Shown piece after piece: positions 55,424-64,000 of a stretch of DNA of 64,000 nucleotides; positions within the stretch are counted from its first letter, which is position 1, and every line of letters begins with the position of its first letter. Position numbers and translations under genes: made by a program. The stretch is from Eledone cirrhosa (Eukaryota). The notes below the pieces were generated by a model. It worked only from the letters and a program-made list of their open reading frames with translations, was not told the DNA's origin and did no database searches. The stretch is from positions 222,952,001 through 223,016,000 of the forward strand of contig OZ024743.1 in the NCBI GenBank assembly GCA_964016885.1. The letters are read 5' to 3'.

Positions 55424-55931
55424 ATTCAGGATGAGGGTGATGGAGAAAAAAGTTCTACTTCTTCCCCACACAACTGCCTGGCATAGAGTTGTTTCTTTCT
55501 TTCTTTTATATGTTGTTTTTTTTTAATTTAAAACGTAGAAATAGAAATAAAACACACACACACACACACACACACACAAATAATTGTTTTTGCTTTTTAG
55601 CACAAGGCCAGCAATTTGAAGGGAAGGGGCAAGTCGATTAAATCAACCCCAGTGCGTTACTGGTACTTTATTTTATCAACTCCGCAAGGATGAAAGGCAA
55701 AGTTGACCGTAGCAGGATTTGAGTCTCAGAATGTAAAGAGCCTGGAACAAATACTGTTGTGTGTTTGTCTGACACTAACAACTGCCAATCAACTGCCCTA
55801 CAAATAATAACAGTAACAATTCACCCATCATGATATGAATGAACAGAATGACAACATTGAGTACAAAGTCTTCTAATGTTGTGTGTCACAAAATACATTG
55901 GTATCAGTAAATACATTAAATTAGAATTTAT

Positions 55932-55962
<31 letters not shown>

Positions 55963-56367
55963 CTCATTTAGTCCAAGTAAATAATAATCATAATTAAAAA
56001 AAAACAGAAAAAAGAAAAAACAGATGATCAAGTGAATTTTAGTTGACAACTTGCAAGATGTACATGGCTGTTTTTCCTTCTTAGTTACAAATATAATAAT
56101 AATAATATAATAATAATAATAATGATGATGATGATGGTGATAATTTCTAACAAATTTTTGGCGAAGAAAAAAGAAATGTAGTCAATTTAATTGACTACAT
56201 TACTTGATTTCCACTTGTATATTATATTTCATCAATCCCAGAAGGATGAAAAGACAATGTCAACCCACAGCAGGATTTGAACTAAGAGTGTTAAGGTGAC
56301 ATAACTAAATACTGCAAGGTATTTTGTCCAACACTCAACAAATTCTGCCATCATCCACCACCACCAA

Positions 56368-56400
<33 letters not shown>

Positions 56401-56740
56401 GATGATGATAATAATAATAATAATCCAGTCAGGTATACATCTACAAATGCTAAAAATGTACATAAAACTAGAGTTGGTAAGAGGTGGAAAACAAGTGAAT
56501 TGTCTGTTGATCCATCCATCTGTCCATACATCTGAGCTATGCAAGAGGTCTGTTTGACAGGTGACAAAAAGAGTGAGAGATAGAGAGAGATAGATAGATA
56601 GAGAGAGAGATAGATAGATAGAGATAGAGAGAGAGGGAGAGAGATGATCAAACATGGCGAAGGGTAAAAACAAAAATAAAAAATAACCTCAACAGTCAAT
56701 GAGACAGTGAAGTGATTGTGGGTATGGTTTAAAAACAATG

Positions 56741-59700
56741 TCAATAATAGCTGCTTCCTTTTGAAGTGATACTAGTATCATAACGTTTTCTCTTCCCATA
56801 GGAGTCTGCATAGTGGCCACCAATGCCTTGAGAGTGCTGTCCAACATAGGCACCTTCTGGACTGGCTTCTGGTGGGGGCAGCAGATGACTATAACTTCGT
56901 TTCTGACCAATAGGAGAGGTCTGTAGCAGGAAATTATAAAGAATAAAGAATAAATAGAAAAAAGAAAATACTTAATCACATAAAAAATTATTATAACATT
57001 CATACTTTGTGTGAACAGTTTAGAATAAGTACAGTGTGTTCTTGTGTGTTATAAAAGAGGACAAAAGTAGTTAATCCAAAAGCATCTGGATATAAAACAC
57101 CTTAAAAAGGAGTCCACGCCACGGAGCCAACGAGGCTAACCTCTGCTTTAGTGGGGGGTTAGACTTAACCCTTTCATTAATATATTTAAATGAAAGACAT
57201 GGCTTACAATTTTCAATTAATGTTGAAAATTATCCAAAACTTCATAATATACTTTCTTATTATTAAGCTGATGTTTAAAACATAATGAAAGTTCTTACCT
57301 AAAATTATAATAGAAGAGTTTTTAGACAAATATACACACTTTAATCCTTTCGTTACCATATTTCTAACCAAAATACATCTCTTATGTGTTTCAATTAATT
57401 TCTAAGATAATCATAAATTTATCTGGTTTCATTAAACAACTAACTTTTTTATTTATCAACATATTAATGTAATTTTTGGAAGAAAATTTAACGAAAGGTT
57501 CTCAACCAATTCTATTCCATAATTTTTGTCTCAAAGTGAGTCTAATTACATGTAAATACAGGTAAATTCAACAAAATATGAAATTATTTAAATTTTGTTC
57601 AAACATCGCTATAGAAAATGGGTTATTAGCTAATATTCAATTGAGTACACAACAAAATTTTACTATAGAAGAGTTGTGCACATTACTGGATTTATCAGGT
57701 GAATTTAAACACACAAAAGACAGGTGTACCATAAAGGTATAAATAAAACGAAAGACTGGAATTTGTCTGTGAAGAAAACTAGAAAACAAAATACACACAC
57801 ACCATCAACTAGATTAAATAAGCTCTCCCACATACATAGATACGCAGAAATATACAATAATGATTTACAAAAGAAATTAATCAAAACTCGTCACTCACCT
57901 TACAGGTAAATTAAAATTACACAAAGAAAAATAAAAACGAAGTAAATTTGAAAATATTAATAAAATAAAATCACACATATATACAAATCAAACAATATTC
58001 CTATCATGAAAACTTGTAAAGCACCCTGCTCTACATAATGCAACTTTGCAGAATGCACATTGGAAAGTTGTTTCAACAGACCTTCCACTAGGAGCTTTCC
58101 TTTTTTGATGAAGGCATTCACGACACTGCTTTTTGCGACCCTCAATTTTTTCTAATTTATGGAGATCAGCTGAATTCAGAGGGATATCCCTCTGACAGGC
58201 TTTGTTTTTTCTCCCTAGAGTTATTTTTTTTTGGAGGAATAACCAGCTCTTAATTGTGTTGCTACATCTGCTCGGAACTGCAGATGGTCACATCGCTTTC
58301 GAGCCGGTCCCGATTTGGTATATAGCAGAAACGCATTAGTAATACTCATATTTACTATATACCAAACCAGGTATCGCCACCATTTATTCCCCGGTCTGCC
58401 AACTGGATAATAAGACATCATCTGATTCATCCGATCTACACCACCCATGTACCTGTTATAATAGAGATTCACAAATGGGGTGCCATTTTCATCCACATGT
58501 GGCCGTGCACAGGTAGACAGAAAATTGATCTGCCTCTTATCTCTGTATGCGGTCGCTAGCAAATTTCCTTTCTGCCGTTGAATTATTTCACCTTTTTTTT
58601 TAAATTTTGCTTTTTTTATATCCAATGGCAGTCCTTTTCTAATAGCGATCACTGTAGCACATGTATGTGTTGCCACCGTATCTAAATTCTCCGCAAGTTT
58701 GACCGAACTGAAAAACCGGTCATAATATACGGCCCTGGGTATGGTATGGAAGTGATAAATTCCAGACCACATCATACCCTAGGCCATGCTGACTTACATA
58801 ATTGTCTCTTTTGCCAATATAAAATTCAAATCCAGAGCGGTACCCAGTATTCGATTCACAAATCTTCCAAACTTTGATCCCCCATTTTGTGGGCTTTCCT
58901 GGCATATATTGTCGAAAACGCACTCGGCCTTTATAGCCCACCATACCCTCATCGATAGATAAATATCTCCCTGGTTTGTAAACTGTTTTATATGTGTTTT
59001 GAACACAGTCAATGAGGGGTCTTATTTTAAATAAGGGATCATAGTTTGGTTCTCCCATTACGGGTGTACTGCTCGTGTCTCTTACATGTAAATATTGCGT
59101 CAATTTTAAAAACCGTGTCCTCGTCATTATACTTGAGACATATTCGCCCCCAAAGGGTTCAACGCTACTCCAGTAATTTGTAATTCTGGGTAGCTTTCTA
59201 ATCCCCATAATAATATTTATGGCAAAATAAGCTCTAATTTCATTTAAGCTTGTGGGAAACCACAAACTATCTTATTTTTCGCTTTGTTTACTTTCAGCGT
59301 AACGGTTTGTTTCCGCCGTAATGATTTCAAACAAGCTCATAGGAAAAAGTAAAAGCTTTGCTCTCCTGGGATAGACTGTGACTTGGTCCAGTTTCTTCAC
59401 AAAAATCAGTGAAAGAAACAGTTTTTAAATTTTTACTCCATTCAGGTGCCAATTCATTTTCTTTATCATGGTCATCGGAGCTCTCGGATTCACTGTTTTC
59501 ACTTTCGGAAAATGAAACATCGGATTCATTATCAAATACCACGTGCTTTTTTTTTTCAGTTATAGAGTTAGATTTTTCAAGGTCTTCAGTGGAAAATCCT
59601 TTGAATTCTGACTCGCTGCTTGACAGAATGAAATTGGTATCCATTTTTTGTCAGAATTACAAATTTTCAAAACACAACAGAAACAAATTTGGAAAAAAAT

Positions 59701-62700
59701 CTCCCAAAATTCACAGAATTAAAATAACATGTCGATCGTTGTCCAAAACTGTAGCTCAATTGTTTACGCAGTATAATCACATGTTTTCACGAATGTACTA
59801 ACGAGATTTGCTCTATTCTCATTTAAATATGAATGTGTGAGTACGGGCGGCTTGGTCACATGAACCAAAATTTTTTTTCGGGCGGCTTGTTAACGAAAGG
59901 GTTAAAACAGTGTTTTCTATTATAGAACCAAGGATGGTTTCTTGTGGTTTGGTATCATGGGATTGAAACATCTGTTGTTTTATTGTTTACATCTAAACTG
60001 AGTCTTCATCAGTTAAATCTCTGTCATCTGGTCTCTTATTTCACCTGGACATGTACATAATACCAGACAGTGTTTGAATATGGAATGTTGATTTCATACT
60101 CACCCTCTGTCTCCATCTCCCATTGTAGGGTGACTACCTATCTCAGTAAGCTACATGTAGCTTGTCACCACAAATCACCATCTTAACCCCCCCCCACCCC
60201 ATCACTGCCTTTCCAAGCCTGGTTAAGGACATAATGTGCATCCTAGTAATGTGAAAATGGTGGGCTTGCGCCATGATAATAAGCACCAAGTCCATCCTGT
60301 GAGGTGGTAATAGCTGTAAAAACCATGCCAACAGATTTTTTTTGGTGACACACGTATTTTCGCCATCTATCTGCTGAGCAGTTGGATCTCAGTTTGCAAT
60401 ATCAAATGCAAAGAGAAAAGGCGAACACACACACGAACCATGGAAGAAAGAGTAAAGCAAGAAATAAATACTGCAAAAGAAAGAATAAGAGAGTAAAGGG
60501 GGGAAGAAAGTGATGACTATAATAGAAAAGTCTTTGAGTAAGAGGAGAGGATGGTTATGGAAGAGTATAGGGAACTTACCAGAGAGCTGCTGGAAGTGGA
60601 AGTACCATATTGACTTGTGTATGAGGAGGTACCATAGTTTGAAGTGGTTCCATAGGTACTGCTCAGTGAACTGGTATAGTTAGAGTAGCTTGATGGATAA
60701 GCTGAGGTGGTTGCCTGAGGAAACATCAGACAACATAATTAGTACATCATTAAAAAAAAAAGGGAAAGGGTTTGATTGTTAGATTGGACAGGGGAACATG
60801 TTTCCATCACTCCTTCTATCTGCAACTCCTGGCAGAAGGAAGCAGGATTTGAATTCAGAATACACAGAGCTGAAACAGATAGTGCAAAGCATCCTTTTCA
60901 ACCCTTTAACAATTCTGCCAATCCACTGCCATTGGATTGATACTTTATATATCAATTCCAAAACAATGAGAAGCAAAGTTAATCATGGAGGGACAAACAC
61001 AAACATTTAATCTGATGCTCGAACAATTCTGCCAATTCGCTGCCCTTAACACCATAAATAAGATTATTAAATTAGAAAACAGAAATATTTACTCAACATC
61101 AGTTGTAAAACACACCAGGTTAGCACACGAGTTTATAACATTCATTCTTCTCTTGATATTTATGACAATCATGGTTGCATCTGTCTTAGTAATAACAGTC
61201 TATATACCATATACATTTGAATATAAGCTGACCCCTTCTATTATGCCTGAGAAGCAGGCAAAAATCCTAAACCCATTTATAAGCTGAGGCAAATAATCAA
61301 CACATTATGGTGTGGTTTTGAAATTCTCATGAGTGGAGAATATATTTATGAAGTTTTAATATTCTGATATTTAAAATGTCTTAAGTGTTGTTTAGAGTAT
61401 AGTTTCTGTTTCACAACTACATTACTTACTGATTTGTTACCTATTTCTGACCATTTTGAAGGCCATATTCATTCAAAACATAGGAAATATGAATTTTATA
61501 TCAAAAGTGAAACCAGTGCAATATTCACATCCAAAGAGAAAATAGTTTAGCACCTGATTTACGTAGAATTTTAAAGTTTGTGAAAATCAGCAAAATATTG
61601 ATTTTTTTATCACATATATGAGTATATACAATAATTTTTATGTTTCTAAATTTGAAACAGCAAATTTAATTCAATGCACTGTTTAACACCACCACTTAAT
61701 TCTTGAGTGCCTTTAGCAGTCAACTTTGTTAGAAGCATTTGGGCCAGGTCTCTGGCATAAGGATACCTTCTTTTTATCTCCCTTCCCAGTCTTGGAGGTT
61801 TTGCCCTTTCTCCAAGTACTGATTAAATAGTTTGATTTTTTGGTCTACCAGTCACAATTCCTGTCAGGAATGTCCCTGTTTTTCCAGTGACAGGAGATGA
61901 GATCGCCACAAGAACTGCAGAAAAGATACAATATGCTGCAACAAAATACAAATAAAAGTATTGAAGAAGCTCAAACTTTATCTTACATCATTTGAATATG
62001 CTCCTTTACTATAGGAACTTGTGCCATATGTATTAGCGCCTGTACCCCAATAGCCAGTGCTGGAATCAGTGGTGCTTCCATAGTTACTGTACATCCCTTC
62101 ATATTGACCTGTGGTCGAGGTGGTAGTGTTGTTTCCAGAATAGCTATCAGAATAACCTGACTGCTTTAAAATTGGAAGAATAAAAAGAATAAAAACAAAA
62201 TGTAAAGAGAACAATTCAATAGGGGCCAAACACTCAGGTATAGTGGGAAATAGAGGCGGGGGGGGGGGGGGGGGGGGGATGAAATTTACAGTCCACACAT
62301 ATGGACTCCTACGAAGTTGAATCTCACAGGACTGGGTGTCCTCTATCATTATAACACCTAAGAAACCTATCATGAAAAGCAACATGAAATGAGGTGTCTT
62401 GCTCAAGAGTATAGTGAGTTTTTATGATCAAAATTTTACGCAAAAACTAGGGAGTTGCATTATTCACAAGTATTTCTTTGGAGAGGTGGCTACCCATGTA
62501 TTTTCAGTAGCTCCATCATATATTCTTGTTACAATTGGCTAACCTTTTAAGGGATCTTCTTCAATATATCTGGGTGGCTGTGTACAAAATCATGGAAACT
62601 AGGGAAAGTACATAGGGTTAGGGTACAGCTGAAAAAATATAACAAGATAGTTTGGTTAATTACTGATACTTATGTACAAAAAGACTCAGTACTGGAATGT

Positions 62701-63351
62701 TCCACTATAATAGGCCTACAAGTACTACAAAAGCCCCAGTATTTTCATGAAAACAGTCAGGCATAAAATAGATTTATACATGAGTATATATGGTAGCTCT
62801 TTCAAATCTGTTACAAGCACACATACATGTCACCATCATCATTATCTTTATATTTTTTCATGCTGGCATGGGTTATCATAGACTATGCCTATATTTATAT
62901 CGGAGCTATAGTCACCCTAGATGGGCTGGGTGGGCCACATCCCACATTTGTTCTGGTTTCTGGCAAGTTTTGACAATTAAATACTCTTCCTTGCACCAAA
63001 TAAATTTACAAAGTATAACGGGTGCATTTTATCATAGCATTAGTATTAGTGAGGGTGTTATATTCTAGATACAACTGAAGAGTCCTCCAAACTCTTTGTT
63101 TGACAGGTTTTCTACAGCTAAATACTTTTCCTAACACCAACTATTTTACAGTGGCACATTAAATTGTTTATGTGTAATTCTATCAAAATAGAAACATACA
63201 AGAAACAAGTTTTAAAGAAGCATCAAAAAGAAATACATACTGAGTAGCTAGTTCCCAAGTCTTTGTTATAATAGTCAGAAGTTGTCTGGCTTTTAGCAGT
63301 GTTATAGGCATCTTCATTCCCTTCACTTTGGTCATAATAGTTAGAATAAGT
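56741..63351 (-). CDS. Last four coding exons of an unidentified gene with a Tyr/Ser/Thr/Gly-rich low-complexity C-terminus; 5' part lies beyond the window
   Basis: Exons 63351-63241 (37 aa), 62163-61987 (59 aa), 60714-60580 (45 aa) and 56920-56741 (59 aa plus TGA), all GT-AG and phase 0; ends [23 protein letters not shown]. Confidence 0.82.
57345..59901 (-). mobile_element. Full-length piggyBac DNA transposon in the last intron of the minus-strand gene
   Basis: TTAA TSDs at 57341-57344 and 59902-59905; TIRs (T/C)CCTTTCGTTA. Confidence 0.92.
57957..59644 (-). pseudogene. Frameshifted PGBD4-like piggyBac transposase
   Basis: Acidic N-terminus, [42 protein letters not shown] and a Cys-rich tail CREC...CAFCKVALC...CF...H, across several frames. 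Confidence 0.92.
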
Positions 63352-64000
63352 CTGAAAATTTGTAACAAAAACATAAACATTAAAGTAGGAAGTTTGATAC
63401 ATTAACAGAGGCAGTAAGTTATTATTTTGTCTGATTAGCCATGACTGTTTCATTGTTGATCCTAGTTTAATGCTTCTCATATAAAACTGCCTGAAACTGG
63501 ACTTGGTTTTATGATATAAAGCAGTTTGTTTTAAAGTGTTCTTGTTAAAATTTAAATCTTTCATCCCAATTGCATGTAAGAACCTTTGTTACGTTATGTT
63601 CCAAACATGAGTTTAATAATGTAAAGTTAGTTATATTACTAAATCCCTCCAAATTCTTGATTATTTTCAAAATTGTTTGAAAATCATAGGCAGTGTATTT
63701 CATTAGAAAGATAGCAATGAATGGGTTAAATGATAAAGCAATGGGATTTCTTATTTTTATATCAAAGAATATACACAGTAGATTGGCAGAATCATAAGAA
63801 TGTTGGTCAAAATGCTTGTAATATCTAGTTACAACCTTTTGTCATCCATCCCATTTGGGGGTTGATAAAAGTACCAGTCAAATATTAGGGTCTATTAAAT
63901 ATTTCTATAAGGTATCCTAGATGCAAATAGAAATTGTAATCAAGAAGACTAAAAATTAGGTTGTCTGTTTGTTAAAAATAGATATAAATAGTATATTCTT

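Noticed and set aside
59935-60015. CTGATGA on minus (also on plus at 981 and 39001)
   Set aside because: No compatible stems or GAAA/UH; chance matches.

Overview
AT-rich, microsatellite- and SINE-dense animal genomic DNA. The repeat families suggest an octopus or other coleoid cephalopod (inference). The main gene is a complete 12-coding-exon vasa/DDX4 on + (ATG 32276 to TAG 49595, 683 aa as hand-spliced). Converging on it from the right are the last four phase-0 exons of an unidentified minus-strand gene with a Tyr/Ser/Thr/Gly-rich low-complexity tail. The terminal exon of another unidentified gene opens the window. Mobile DNA includes a full-length Buster-type hAT (perfect TIR/TSD), a full-length piggyBac nested in an older MITE, a near-full-length CR1-type LINE, RTE, CRE and mariner remnants, SINEs and MITEs. 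The most notable feature is a cluster at about 21.0-30.9 kb, just upstream of the vasa promoter, of Penelope-like or retrozyme-like elements inserted in (TA)n tracts. It holds three type I hammerhead ribozymes with complete cores plus degenerate ones, about 500-nt and 600-nt non-coding monomers, and fold-back palindromes that pivot inside the ribozyme. All calls were made by eye; no database search was run.
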